A stretch of 32,000 nt of DNA. Source: Pseudomonas aeruginosa (GTDB taxonomy: Bacteria > Pseudomonadota > Gammaproteobacteria > Pseudomonadales > Pseudomonadaceae). How positions within the stretch are numbered: position 1 is the stretch's first letter; each line of letters opens with the position of its first letter. The translations under genes were made by a program, and so were the position numbers. The notes beneath the pieces are model-generated. The model saw only the letters and a program-made list of their open reading frames with translations, did no database searches and had not been told where the DNA came from. This document shows, piece by piece, positions 18,761-28,672 of this stretch. The DNA lies in NCBI RefSeq assembly GCF_001457615.1, contig NZ_LN831024.1:3990001-4022000 (forward strand). The letters are read 5' to 3'.

Positions 18761-19082
18761 GAGAAAATAACTCCTTGAAGCGTTTATATTGAGCATTCCA
18801 GTCAAGTGTCCATCTTTGGACGACACGCTAATGATCATGTATCGGTAATCAACCAACACATCGACAGGCCTGACACCATGAATACTTCCAATCATTCCGG
18901 TGATACCGATCGAATTGACGCCCAGCCACTACCTGAAGTGGCCACATAGGCACCAACGGATGGCTTTATATAATTGCCAAAGCACCTCAGCAATAGCAAA
19001 AAGTGCGTTTTCACCTCTTCCTATTTAATAAATGAATTTTCCTACGGAAGAAGGTAAAAACAAAAACCTTAAAATAGAGAAA

Positions 19083-19094
19083 ATTCTTAAGAAT
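19083..19094. repeat. perfect 12-bp palindrome ATTCTTAAGAAT in the AT-rich region upstream of the secreted-protein gene
   Basis: Read directly from aaATTCTTAAGAATatcc. Confidence 0.45.
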
Positions 19095-19140
19095 ATCCAA
19101 GCGATCACGAACAAACGTTTCTAAAAACCGGGTCACACCC

Positions 19141-19160
19141 AGAAGTAAAAGGCTACTTCT
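19141..19160. repeat. inverted repeat AGAAGTA-AAAGGC-TACTTCT
   Basis: 7-bp arms, 6-nt spacer, in the intergenic region between the secretin and secreted-protein genes. Confidence 0.45.
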
Positions 19161-19278
19161 GAGCATTTAGAAAGAAGATTCGCAATAGATTTTTATGGAT
19201 GGATACGGCCCGGAAAGTTCCAGGCCTATCGGGGACCACGACGAGAGTCGTCTAGATGAGTGTTGCAGGTGACCGACC

Positions 19279-21558
19279 TCATTCCATACGGCAGGCGCCC
19301 GGTCTATCGGAGCAGGCCAGTGTCTTGCTCAGCATGGCGCGCAGCTTTTCCGTCACTTCCCTGGCATCGGCATCACTTTCCAGCACGTAAGGCTGGATCA
19401 ACATGATGACTTCTTCACGGGTCTTCACGGCTTTCTGGCGTCCGAAGAGGAAACCGATCCCGGGAATGTCCTTCAGGAGAGGCACGCCAGCGTTGGAGTC
19501 CGTTATGTTGTCCCGAATCAGCCCCCCCATCAGCACCGACCCACCGCTTTTCAACGTAAGCGATGTTTCCAGCGACGTCCTGGAAATCTCCGGAGCGCTG
19601 ATTCCTCCGCCACTGGCCTTGCCACCGCCGCCGGAAGAACCGCCACTGTCGCTCAACTCCTGGCTGACCGTAAGATCGACCCGACTATCCGAGTAGACTA
19701 CGGGGGCGACATTCAGAATTGTGCCGGTAGAGCGGTAGGCAATTTCATTGCGCAGGTTGGTGCTTCCAGCAGTGGTGCTGTCGTCATTGACCTGGGCCGT
19801 TGGGATAGGAATATCCCGACCGACATTGATGTTGGCCTGCTCGCCGCTCTTGACCAAGATACGGGGAGTGGCGAGTACCCGGACTCGTTGATTGTCCGCC
19901 ATTGCCTGGATGGCTGCGGTATTGCCTCCGGCGGTGTTGATGACGTAGTTGAAGCCTCCTTTCCCGGCGCTGCCCTTGCTTCCGGTCGAGGTCGCGCTAT
20001 TGAAACTGCCGTTGAGCATCTCCCACTCCACGCCCAACTCCTGGGTGTCGCTGAGACTTACGCTGGCCACCGTCACCTCGATCAATACCTGGCGGGCCGG
20101 CTTGTCCATTTCCCGGAGCAAGCCCTGCATCTGCTGCCAGGTACGCGCCGCTCCTCGGAACAAGATGGCGTTTCGATTCTCGTCCTCCACTATGGTGCCG
20201 CTGCCGCTGATACCGGCCGCCAAGCCACCGAGCAAACCGTTAGCACCGTCGCCCCCCACCAACGCTGCGGCACCTGCGGCTTGCAGCAAGGGAGCCACCG
20301 CCGGTGCCGCACCATCGTCTCCGGCGCGCCTGCCACCGCCAGATCGCTTGGAAGCGCTGCTTTGCAGTCCGGAGGTGATCCCGTAGGCCCCCTCCCCGGC
20401 GAACCCCGATACCAATGCCCGCAACGACTTGGCCAGTTCGGTGACACGGGTATTGCGAGCTTCGTAGAAGAACAGTCCTTCCTTCTCCTCGCCGATACCT
20501 GCGGCAACCGCCATCGGAGCCCTGTCGACCTGCTGCGCCCACTCGCGCACCAAGTCGAGAAGTTGGCCATCGTTGGCGAAGACGATGAGGCCATTGGAAC
20601 TTTCCAGCGGTACCAGCATTATGCTGCCGACCGCTTCGCCGATACCGACGCTGTAGCCTTGCGCCGCAATCACGCTCTTGAGTTGACTGGCCATGTCGGC
20701 AGCACTGACGAAGGCCGGGTCGATACGCAGGCTGTGACGTCCACGCATGAAAGGTTGATCGAGAAGGCGGACGGCTTCGGTGGCCTGGTTGACGATGGAA
20801 GACATGCCCTTGAGCATCAAGCCACTCCGCGCACCATCGGCCATCACGCTCAGGCCGGATTTTTCGTAGGCACTGTTCAACCAGGGAATCACATCCTTGG
20901 GGTCGACGCTGTGCAACGCCACGAATTGAAATACCGGCCGATAGGCAATCGGCACACTAGGCCGTGCTTCGCCACTGATGAGAATGGGCGGCTCGTCCGG
21001 GCTGAGCCCTACCTGCTTGATCTGGAAGCGATAGATATCGCCTTGGTGGAGTATCTCCACGCCGTAGTTGACGAGCACCTGGCGCGCGACTTCGTAGACC
21101 ATCTGTGCAGTCTGCGGCTGTTCCAAACGAACGGTCACGCGATCAGTCTTTTCCTTCAGAGCGCTTTCGATCTCAAACGGCAAACCGAGGATGTTGCCGA
21201 ATACCTCGTTGATGAATGCGGCAAGCTGCACGTCCTCCACGTTCAGACTGATGTCAGCCTTCTTGTCGTCGAGGATCGCCTTGTCCATTCGATCGACTAC
21301 ACCGCCTACGATCGACCGAGGCGATGTGGGCGTGCCACTGAACTCCGTCTTCGGAACAGCCAACGATGCCGGAGCTTTCTTTCCGTCGTCGCTCACCAGG
21401 GCTACGCCCTCGGTTGCCTTGGCTTTTTCCGACTTCGCGAGCAATGGTTCGGGAAACTGCAATGGGGAAGTACTGCAACCTGCCAATAGGGCCAGACAGA
21501 CGACAATGGACAACGGGTGGCGCAAGAAGGCAAAGCTCGGCCTATGGCAAGGGTGCAT
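19279..21558 (-). CDS. GspD/PulD-like secretin, predicted lipoprotein
   Basis: From MHPCHRPSFAFLRHPLSIVVCLALLAGCSTS (lipobox); VLIEVTVASVSLSDTQELGVEW, VRVLATPRILVKSGEQANINVGRDIPIPTA, VLMGGLIRDNITDSNAGVPLLKDIPGIGFLFG (secretin signature), preceded by N-domain-like repeats and Gly/Ser-rich insertions. Confidence 0.93.
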   Translation of the reverse strand: MHPCHRPSFAFLRHPLSIVVCLALLAGCSTSPLQFPEPLLAKSEKAKATEGVALVSDDGKKAPASLAVPKTEFSGTPTSPRSIVGGVVDRMDKAILDDKKADISLNVEDVQLAAFINEVFGNILGLPFEIESALKEKTDRVTVRLEQPQTAQMVYEVARQVLVNYGVEILHQGDIYRFQIKQVGLSPDEPPILISGEARPSVPIAYRPVFQFVALHSVDPKDVIPWLNSAYEKSGLSVMADGARSGLMLKGMSSIVNQATEAVRLLDQPFMRGRHSLRIDPAFVSAADMASQLKSVIAAQGYSVGIGEAVGSIMLVPLESSNGLIVFANDGQLLDLVREWAQQVDRAPMAVAAGIGEEKEGLFFYEARNTRVTELAKSLRALVSGFAGEGAYGITSGLQSSASKRSGGGRRAGDDGAAPAVAPLLQAAGAAALVGGDGANGLLGGLAAGISGSGTIVEDENRNAILFRGAARTWQQMQGLLREMDKPARQVLIEVTVASVSLSDTQELGVEWEMLNGSFNSATSTGSKGSAGKGGFNYVINTAGGNTAAIQAMADNQRVRVLATPRILVKSGEQANINVGRDIPIPTAQVNDDSTTAGSTNLRNEIAYRSTGTILNVAPVVYSDSRVDLTVSQELSDSGGSSGGGGKASGGGISAPEISRTSLETSLTLKSGGSVLMGGLIRDNITDSNAGVPLLKDIPGIGFLFGRQKAVKTREEVIMLIQPYVLESDADAREVTEKLRAMLSKTLACSDRPGACRME

Positions 21559-22033
21559 ACAGTTTCCTTTCAAAACCCTGGGTGTTCCCATCCTGCGAGA
21601 ACGAGAAGCGGATTCCTTGTTCAGTGATGCTCTCCAGACGCTCGCCGCCAGGCAGAGTGGCGCCCGCCGCAAAACGCCGCAGAGGCCCCTCGGCGCTTTT
21701 GGCAACAAGGGCGAAGATGCCGCCTTCATCGCGGACAATGCCGCGTAGCAGCCAATCGACCTTGATTAGCGCCACTCCATCCACGCCCACCGAAACCCGC
21801 TTCGATTCAGCTTCGCGCTCCTCGTCCACGGTTCTCCCCCACCACGACATTCCAGCCAACTTGCCGGCAACCGTCGTATCAACCGCAACGGACGGAACTT
21901 CCGCCAGAACCCACTTCCGGGCTTCAGGAGTGGGCAAGGCGGAAAGATCGGCACTCGGAGCAAAGACAAGTCCGGCAAAGATGGAAGCGACCAGAAGCAG
22001 AAGATTCCAGCGAGCAAAGGCATGAGGCGTCAT
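21542..22033 (-). CDS. small single-pass inner-membrane protein with GspC homology-region-like sequence
   Basis: 163 aa; N-terminal hydrophobic segment WNLLLLVASIFAGLVFA, then VALIKVDWLLRGIVRDEGGIFALVAKSAEGPLRRFAAGATLPGGERLESITEQGIRFSFSQDGNTQGFERKL, like a GspC HR domain without PDZ; overlaps the secretin start by 17 nt. Confidence 0.7.
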   Translation of the reverse strand: MTPHAFARWNLLLLVASIFAGLVFAPSADLSALPTPEARKWVLAEVPSVAVDTTVAGKLAGMSWWGRTVDEEREAESKRVSVGVDGVALIKVDWLLRGIVRDEGGIFALVAKSAEGPLRRFAAGATLPGGERLESITEQGIRFSFSQDGNTQGFERKLYAPLP

Positions 22034-22393
22034 TGGGTTTGCAAATGGCAGGATGGAAAGCGATGAGTTGAAGATGCGGGAAGTGTGGCATTTATAGAAA
22101 ATTGAAAATCCTGAGTTAGAAGTAAGAAAACTCCCAACTTACAAGTCGTAAAACCCAATCATTTCGAGACTCCATCGCCAAGCACGCAAGGACCCGACCA
22201 TTACGGCAGGCGGCACCGGATGGATAGGCAAACAGTGCAGTCGGTACGGGTAACGGCTTGCACACCCCGCGCAGGATTCGCGTCACTCGGCCAGGACTGT
22301 CACTGCACCGAGACGCCAACAGCGGCAATGCAACCGACATTCACCTAGCGAACTCGGCCAAGAGCAGGAAGGCGAACCGACTCCACGCTCGCC

Positions 22394-23428
22394 CTAATGC
22401 GACGACACGTACTCCGCCTCCCCCTGCGCCGGCGGCAGCGAGAACCCCGCGCGCAGGCGCCGGGCTTCTGCCAGCGGCGAGCGGCCGAACAGACGCTTGA
22501 ATTCGCGGTTGAACTGCGAAGCGCTGGCGTAACCGACCGCATGGCAGGCGGCCTGGGCGCTCATGCCCTGGCGCACCATCAGCAGACGCGCCTGATGCAG
22601 GCGTATGCACTTCAGGTACTGCATCGGCGAGGTCTGGGTGATCGCCTTGAAGTGGCTGTGGAACGACGGCACGCTCATCCCCGCCTCGCCCGCCAGTTGC
22701 GCCAGCTCGAGCGGCTCGGCGTATTGCGCGTGGATGCGGCGCAGCGCCCGGGCAATGTTGCCGAAGCGCCCGCGCATGGCCAGTGCCGCGCGCATGGCGC
22801 CGCCCTGAGGGCCGGTGAGCACGCGGAAGTACAGCTCGCGCAGTAGTGCAGGCGCGAGGATCGCTGTCTCCAGCGGATCGCCCAGCGCCTCCAGGAAGCG
22901 CAACACCGATGCCCGCAGCGGCGCGTCCATAGAGCTGGACATCAGACTGCGCGGCGCTTCGACCTGCGCAAGCGCGCGCTGACGGTCGATCTCCACCGCC
23001 AGCCCGGCCGCCAGCGGGAAATCCAGGTGCAGGTAGATCGCCAGCAGCGGTCGCTCTGGCGTGGCATCGGTCTCCATGGTGAACGGCACCGGCACCGCCA
23101 CGGCCAGGTAGTGCTGCTCGTCGTACAGGTAGATCTGCTCGCCGAAATAGCCGCGCTTTCGCCCCTGGCAAACGATGACGATCCCCGGATCGTAGAGCAC
23201 CGGAGTCCGCGCCAGCGGACGATCCGAACGCAGCAGACGGACGCTGTCGAGCCCGGTGAGGTTGTAGCCCTCCCGGGGCGCCAGGTTTTCGAGCAACGCG
23301 ACCATGCGCTGTCGGTCGACGGAGCGGATGGCTTCTGAATCAGGCAGTGATGCGCTCATAGAATCAGGCAATGAAACGAGAAATTCCGGTCTCTGAGATA
23401 GGGAAATTTCTGCGTATTGTGCACTCAT
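22394..23428 (-). CDS. AraC-family transcriptional regulator with AraC_N-type N-terminal domain
   Basis: C-terminal AraC DNA-binding region AEPLELAQLAGEAGMSVPSFHSHFKAITQTSPMQYLKCIRLHQARLLM...ACHAVGYASASQFNREFKRLFGRSPLAEAR. The true start may be ATG 23359. Confidence 0.9.
   Translation of the reverse strand: MSAQYAEISLSQRPEFLVSLPDSMSASLPDSEAIRSVDRQRMVALLENLAPREGYNLTGLDSVRLLRSDRPLARTPVLYDPGIVIVCQGRKRGYFGEQIYLYDEQHYLAVAVPVPFTMETDATPERPLLAIYLHLDFPLAAGLAVEIDRQRALAQVEAPRSLMSSSMDAPLRASVLRFLEALGDPLETAILAPALLRELYFRVLTGPQGGAMRAALAMRGRFGNIARALRRIHAQYAEPLELAQLAGEAGMSVPSFHSHFKAITQTSPMQYLKCIRLHQARLLMVRQGMSAQAACHAVGYASASQFNREFKRLFGRSPLAEARRLRAGFSLPPAQGEAEYVSSH
23337..23374. repeat. two 14-bp direct repeats GAATCAGGCARTGA (23337-23350, 23361-23374)
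   Basis: Read directly; 24-nt period; lies at the 5' end of the AraC gene adjacent to the divergent SDR gene. Confidence 0.6.
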
Positions 23429-23450
23429 TCCCCCGTAACGGAGTCACACC

Positions 23451-24284
23451 ATGTCGTTTCGCAAGACCCTGTTGATCACCGGCGCCAGCAGCGGCTTCGG
23501 CCAGGCCCTGGCCCGCGAGGCCCTGAATTCCGGTCACCGCGTGGTGGGCACGGTGCGCAGCGAGGAGGCCAGGAGCGCACTGGAAGCCGTGGCGCCGGGC
23601 CAAGCCTTCGGCCGGCTGCTGGACGTCACCGACCTTGCCGCCATCGAGCCGACGGTCGCAGCCATCGAGCGCGACATCGGTCCGCTGGACGTGCTGGTGA
23701 ACAGTGCCGGCTATGGTCATGAAGGCATCCTCGAGGAGTCGCCGCTGGCCGAGATGCGCCGGCAGTTCGAGGTCAACCTGTTCGGCGCGGTCGCGATGAT
23801 CCAGGCCGTGCTGCCCTACATGCGTCGGCGCCGCCGCGGTCATATCCTCAACATCACTTCCATGGGCGGCTACATCACCATGCCCGGCATCGCCTACTAC
23901 TGCGGCAGCAAGTTCGCCCTGGAAGGGCTTTCCGAAGCCTTGGGCAAGGAGGTAGCCAGCCTCGGCATCGCCGTCACCGCCGTGGCCCCCGGCTCCTTCC
24001 GCACCGACTGGGCCGGCCGTTCGATGGTCCGCAGCCCGCGCACCATCGCCGACTACGACGCGCTCTTCGACCCGGTCCGCCAGGCTCGCCAGGAAAAGAG
24101 CGGCAAGCAACCGGGCGACCCGCGCAAGGCCGCGCGCGCCATGCTCCAGGCCATCGAGGCGGAAAACCCGCCGGCGCACCTGCTGCTGGGCAGCGATGCA
24201 CTGGGGCTGGTGCGGCAGAAGCTGAAGGCGCTGGAGGAGGAAATCGCGGCGTGGGAAGAGGTCACGCGGTCGACGGATGGATGA
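23451..24284 (+). CDS. short-chain dehydrogenase/reductase (SDR)
   Basis: 277 aa; TLLITGASSGFGQALAREAL, VLVNSAGYGHEG, YYCGSKFALEGLSEALGKEV. Confidence 0.93.
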   Translation: MSFRKTLLITGASSGFGQALAREALNSGHRVVGTVRSEEARSALEAVAPGQAFGRLLDVTDLAAIEPTVAAIERDIGPLDVLVNSAGYGHEGILEESPLAEMRRQFEVNLFGAVAMIQAVLPYMRRRRRGHILNITSMGGYITMPGIAYYCGSKFALEGLSEALGKEVASLGIAVTAVAPGSFRTDWAGRSMVRSPRTIADYDALFDPVRQARQEKSGKQPGDPRKAARAMLQAIEAENPPAHLLLGSDALGLVRQKLKALEEEIAAWEEVTRSTDG

Positions 24285-24373
24285 GGTTTGGAAAGTCGTA
24301 GACGGATAATTCCACGGCATTATCCGCCGATACCGCGCCGAACCGGCGGATAACCGCACTGCGGTTATTCACC

Positions 24374-24736
24374 CTACGCCATGGCCAGGTTGCTGGCCCG
24401 CTCCGACAACGGACAGCCCTTTTCCTGCAAGTACCGAATCGCCTGCCGTGCCGTGGCGGGATTCATCGTATTGCCGATGAAGGTCGTCAGCGAGTCGGTG
24501 AACTCCAGCACGATGTTCTCGGTGTAGTGCCATTTCCGGTAGTCCACCCGGGAAATGCTGGAATACGGCTTCGAGCGCGTGCGGATGACGCGGAACTCGA
24601 CACGGTCCGCATGCAGGACCAGCCGCGGGGACAGGTCGCTGTGGGCCCAGCATAGCCAGGGAATGCCTTTCCAGCCGGCGAACGCGGCGACCAGGCGCAC
24701 GTTCAGGCCGCTGTCCGTCGCAGGATCCTTCGTCAC
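24374..24736 (-). CDS. hypothetical protein, ~120 aa
   Basis: Within ORF 24374..24946; GTG at 24736 gives [51 protein letters not shown]...; the sequence upstream of this has shadow-ORF composition. Confidence 0.55.
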   Translation of the reverse strand: MTKDPATDSGLNVRLVAAFAGWKGIPWLCWAHSDLSPRLVLHADRVEFRVIRTRSKPYSSISRVDYRKWHYTENIVLEFTDSLTTFIGNTMNPATARQAIRYLQEKGCPLSERASNLAMA

Positions 24737-24878
24737 GCGCCCTCGCCTCCCAGATAACAGCCGCGCTGCTTGTCCACTGTCACCGTATGCCCGAAGCCCA
24801 GGACGAACCTGTCGTGGAACGGAAGCCCGGCGAGCCAGGAGGTCGCGCCGGTCCGCAGCCTCTCGTCGCGCCCGCCCC

Positions 24879-25421
24879 TCACTCTCCCACCCGCCCCTCG
24901 ACCCTCCGCAAGCGCGCCATGCTGTACACGTCCACGAAGCGCCCATCCCGCACCGCGTATTCGCGCATCTCTCCTTCGGTCTCGAAGCCGAACTTGCGAT
25001 ACAGCGCCAGCGCCGGGGCGTTGTCGGTGTAGACGGTGAGTTCGACGCGGCGCAGGTTCATCCAGTTGTCGGCGATGTCCAGCAGTTCGCCGAGCAGGCG
25101 GCTGCCGACGCCCTTGCCCTGCCAGGCGACGGCGACACCCATGCCGATGCTGCCGCTGTGGCTGCGGCGGATGCGCGGGTGCTGTTCGAGGCTGGCGCTG
25201 CCGATGACGTCCCCCTGGTGCAAGGCGACGAGGATCAGCAGGCGGTCGTCGTCCACGCTGTCGTGCAGGCGCTTGCGGCGCTGCTCCACCGACTGGAAGG
25301 GCATCTGCAGGACCTGGCGGGCCACGGCGGGGTCGTTGTACAGGGCGGTGAGGCCTTCCACGTGGCGTTCGCTGTAGCGTTCGAGGCGGATCGTCGGCGA
25401 TTCGGCGGTCATTGCGGTCAT
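24879..25421 (-). CDS. GNAT-family N-acetyltransferase
   Basis: 180 aa; [91 protein letters not shown]-type acetyl-CoA-binding motif. Confidence 0.9.
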   Translation of the reverse strand: MTAMTAESPTIRLERYSERHVEGLTALYNDPAVARQVLQMPFQSVEQRRKRLHDSVDDDRLLILVALHQGDVIGSASLEQHPRIRRSHSGSIGMGVAVAWQGKGVGSRLLGELLDIADNWMNLRRVELTVYTDNAPALALYRKFGFETEGEMREYAVRDGRFVDVYSMARLRRVEGRVGE

Positions 25422-25547
25422 CCCTGGGCTGTCTGGCCACCCAGCATAAGCGTCTGCGCCGGGCTCGACCAGCCGGTCGGAGATCGCGCTTTCCCTGCCG
25501 CGCGGCTCTGGCTAAGCTCGACCTTCGAACAACGAAAGGACGCCAGC

Positions 25548-27281
25548 ATGGTCCAGAGCGCCCCAGCCAGCGAAATCGCCGCCCTCATCCTGCGCGGTTT
25601 CGACGATTACCGAGAGCAGTTCCGCGAGATCACCGACGGCGCCCGTGCCCGCTTCGAGCAGGCGCAGTGGCAGGAAGCGCAGCGCGCCTCGGCGCAGCGG
25701 ATCAACCTCTACGAGGAAAAGGTCGCCGAGACGGTGGCCGGGCTGCGCGCGGGGCTGGCCGACAGCGAGCTGCTGGACGTGGAGCGCTGGCCGATCATCA
25801 AGAGCGCCTACATCGCGCAGATCGACCTGCGGCTGGACGACGAGCTGGCCGAGACCTGGTTCAACTCGATCTTCTGCGGGCTGTTCAGCCACGACAACAT
25901 CAGCGACGGCACGATGTTCGTGCACACCACCCGGCCCTCGCTGCGCGTCCACGCCCGCGCGCCCTACACCCGCACCTACCGGCCAGGCGGCGACCTGCGC
26001 CAGGCGCTGGAGAAGATCTTCGACGACTACCGCTTCGACGTGCCCTACGACGACCGCGAGCGCGACCTCGAACGGATCGACGCACTGCTGCACAGCAACC
26101 TGCCGGACTGGGTGTGCAAGGACCCGGACCTGGCCATCGAGCTGATCGGCTCGGTGTTCTATCGCAACAAGGGCGCCTACCTGGTGGGCCGCCTGTTCAC
26201 CCCGGACGAGCAGTGGCCGCTGGTGTTCCCGCTGCTGCACCGCGAGGGCCACGGCATCCAGTTCGACACGGTGATCACCGACGAAGCGGAAGTCTCGATC
26301 ATCTTCTCCTTCACCCGCTCCTACTTCATGGTCGACGTGCCGGTGCCGGCCGAGCTGGTGGCCTTCCTCAAGCGCCTGCTGCCGGGCAAGCACCTGGCCG
26401 AGCTGTACACCTCGATCGGCTTCTACAAGCAGGGCAAGAGCGAGTTCTACCGCGCCCTGATCAACCACCTGGCGACCACCGACGACCGCTTCGTCATGGC
26501 CCCCGGGGTGCGCGGCATGGTGATGAGCGTGTTCACCCTGCCCGGCTTCAACACGGTGTTCAAGATCATCAAGGACCGCTTCAACCCGTCGAAGAGCGTC
26601 GACCACGCCACGGTGATCCAGAAGTACCAGTTGGTGAAGAACCACGACCGGGTCGGACGCCTGGCTGACACCCAGCAGTTCGCCGACTTCCGCTTCCCGG
26701 TGAGCAAGTTCGAGCCGGAGTGCCTGGCCGAACTGCTGGAAGTGGCGCCGTCGACGGTGGTGATGGAAGGCGACGTGGTGCTGATCCGCCACTGCTGGAC
26801 CGAGCGGCGCATGACCCCGCTGAACATCTACCTGGAGAACGCCAGCGAGGCACAGACCCGCGAGGCGCTGAACGACTACGGGCTGGCGATCAAGCAACTG
26901 GCGGCGGCGAACATCTTCCCCGGCGACATGCTGCTGAAGAACTTCGGCGTGACCCGCCATGGCCGGGTGGTGTTCTACGACTACGACGAGATCTGCTACC
27001 TCACCGAGGTGAACTTCCGCTACATCCCCGAGCCGCGCTTCCCCGAGGACGAGATGTCGTCCGAGCCCTGGTATTCGGTGGGGCCCAACGATGTGTTCCC
27101 GGAAGAATTCCCGCGCTTCCTGTTCGTCGACCTCAACCAGCGCCGGCTATTCGCCAAGCTGCACGGCAACCTCTACGACGCCAAATACTGGCAGGGCCTG
27201 CAGGAGCAGATCCGCGAGGGCAAGGTGATCGACGTGTTTCCCTATCGGCGGCAGGAGACGCCCGAGCAGTTGCTCGGGTAG
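25548..27281 (+). CDS. aceK: isocitrate dehydrogenase kinase/phosphatase
   Basis: 577 aa from [41 protein letters not shown]; [14 protein letters not shown]..., [36 protein letters not shown] typical of AceK. Confidence 0.95.
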   Translation: MVQSAPASEIAALILRGFDDYREQFREITDGARARFEQAQWQEAQRASAQRINLYEEKVAETVAGLRAGLADSELLDVERWPIIKSAYIAQIDLRLDDELAETWFNSIFCGLFSHDNISDGTMFVHTTRPSLRVHARAPYTRTYRPGGDLRQALEKIFDDYRFDVPYDDRERDLERIDALLHSNLPDWVCKDPDLAIELIGSVFYRNKGAYLVGRLFTPDEQWPLVFPLLHREGHGIQFDTVITDEAEVSIIFSFTRSYFMVDVPVPAELVAFLKRLLPGKHLAELYTSIGFYKQGKSEFYRALINHLATTDDRFVMAPGVRGMVMSVFTLPGFNTVFKIIKDRFNPSKSVDHATVIQKYQLVKNHDRVGRLADTQQFADFRFPVSKFEPECLAELLEVAPSTVVMEGDVVLIRHCWTERRMTPLNIYLENASEAQTREALNDYGLAIKQLAAANIFPGDMLLKNFGVTRHGRVVFYDYDEICYLTEVNFRYIPEPRFPEDEMSSEPWYSVGPNDVFPEEFPRFLFVDLNQRRLFAKLHGNLYDAKYWQGLQEQIREGKVIDVFPYRRQETPEQLLG

Positions 27282-27315
27282 GTGCGGAGACAGGAATCGA
27301 CCCAGCCGCACGCCC

Positions 27316-28458
27316 CTAGACCAACTGCGCCCCCAGCGCCCGCACCACCCGCTGCAACCCCGCCTGTCCACCGGTGGCGACGCGCAGGCCGGTGATCTCG
27401 CGGCGCGGCGGGTAGTGTTTGCGCAGGGCGTCGAAGGCGGCGCGGCGGGTGGCGCTGTCGCCGGTCAGGCTGCGGCGGAAGGCGGCGTCGTCGCTGCGCG
27501 GGTCGTACACCGCGCGGCACAGCGTGGCCAGCGCCCAGGCGGGGTCGCAGCCGGGGTTGAGCTGCAGGCCGGCGAGCCAGGTTTCCGGCAGCACGTCTTG
27601 CAGGCTCACGCGTTCGGCGATGCCGCGCCAGGCGCAGTAGGCCTGGTAGATCTGCGCGGTGCCGCGCAGCTTGCCTTCCAGGCTGTAGCCGGCGATGTGC
27701 GGCGTGGCGATCAGGCAGCGCGCGGCCAGTTCGGGGTCGGCCTGCGGTTCGCCTTCCCAGACGTCCAGCGCCACTTCCAGGTCGGCGCCGCCTTCGAGCA
27801 GGCGGCGCAGGGCCTGGTTGTCGACCACCGCGCCACGGCTGGCGTTGACCAGCCAGGTACCGGGACGCAGGGCGGCCAGGCGGGGTTCATCCAGCAGGTG
27901 GCGGGTCGGGTGTTCGCCGTCGCGGTTCAGCGGAGTGTGCAGGCTGATCACGTCGGCCTCGGCCAGCAGCCGTTCCAGCGAGACGAATTCGCCGTCCGGC
28001 TCGCGCGCCTGGCGCGGCGGATCGCAGACCAGCACTTTCCAGCCCAGCCCGCGCAGCACCTCCACCAGCCGCCCGCCGACCTGCCCGGCGCCAACCACCC
28101 CATAGGTGCGTTCGGCCAGGTCGGCGCCGCGCACCTCGGCCATCGCCAGCAGGCAGCCGAGCACGTAGTCCACCACCCCGCGGGCGTTGCAGCCGGGCGC
28201 GCTGGACCAGGCGATGCCGGCCTCGGCGAAGTAGTCGAGGTCAAGGTGGTCGGTGCCGATGGTGCAGGTGCCGACGAAGCGCACCGGCGAGCCGGCCAGC
28301 GCCGCGCGGCTGACCTCGGTGACCGAGCGCACCAGCAGCACGTCGACCTCGGCCAGTGCCACGCGGTCGATGGCGCGCCCGGGCAAGCGGCGAATGGAGC
28401 CCTGGTCGGCGAAGAAGGCGTCGACCACGGGAATGTTTTCATCGGCGAGAATACGCAT
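27316..28458 (-). CDS. pdxB: erythronate-4-phosphate dehydrogenase
   Basis: 380 aa from [32 protein letters not shown]; [86 protein letters not shown]. Confidence 0.96.
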   Translation of the reverse strand: MRILADENIPVVDAFFADQGSIRRLPGRAIDRVALAEVDVLLVRSVTEVSRAALAGSPVRFVGTCTIGTDHLDLDYFAEAGIAWSSAPGCNARGVVDYVLGCLLAMAEVRGADLAERTYGVVGAGQVGGRLVEVLRGLGWKVLVCDPPRQAREPDGEFVSLERLLAEADVISLHTPLNRDGEHPTRHLLDEPRLAALRPGTWLVNASRGAVVDNQALRRLLEGGADLEVALDVWEGEPQADPELAARCLIATPHIAGYSLEGKLRGTAQIYQAYCAWRGIAERVSLQDVLPETWLAGLQLNPGCDPAWALATLCRAVYDPRSDDAAFRRSLTGDSATRRAAFDALRKHYPPRREITGLRVATGGQAGLQRVVRALGAQLV

Positions 28459-28672
28459 GCAGACCTCCGCGAACGAGGCTGCACACTCTAGCAGGCTGGG
28501 GGCTCGCGGTGTTGCCGAACGGCTCGCGAGGCGGACCTGCCAGCGCCATGCGCAAGCCTCGACGATCGCGTTTTTCCCAACCACGACCGCGAACGATGGC
28601 CAGCTACAAGGAACAGAACCGCGAACGCCTCGTCCGCCTCCTCGACCAGGCGGCGTACGCCAGGGAGCCCGT

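Noticed and set aside
4282-19094. Shared operator hypothesis for the two 12-bp palindromes (AAGAAATTTCTT and ATTCTTAAGAAT)
   Set aside because: The sequences differ in their core, and short AT-rich palindromes are expected by chance in such regions.
19141-19160. AGAAGTA...TACTTCT as the secretin-gene terminator
   Set aside because: Only 7 AT-rich pairs, not followed by a T run, and ~120 nt from the stop; kept only as an inverted repeat.
19888-21489. 533-aa plus-strand ORF opposite the secretin gene
   Set aside because: Antisense shadow of a clear GspD-like gene; no recognisable protein motifs.
24555-25547. N-terminal extension of the aceK ORF to 24555
   Set aside because: Extension is low-complexity and overlaps the GNAT gene on the other strand; AceK proper starts at ATG 25548.
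25412-26668. 418-aa plus-strand ORF overlapping aceK in another frame
   Set aside because: Arg/Pro-rich out-of-frame translation of aceK.
27415-28491. 358-aa plus-strand ORF opposite pdxB
   Set aside because: Antisense shadow; pdxB is unambiguous on the minus strand.
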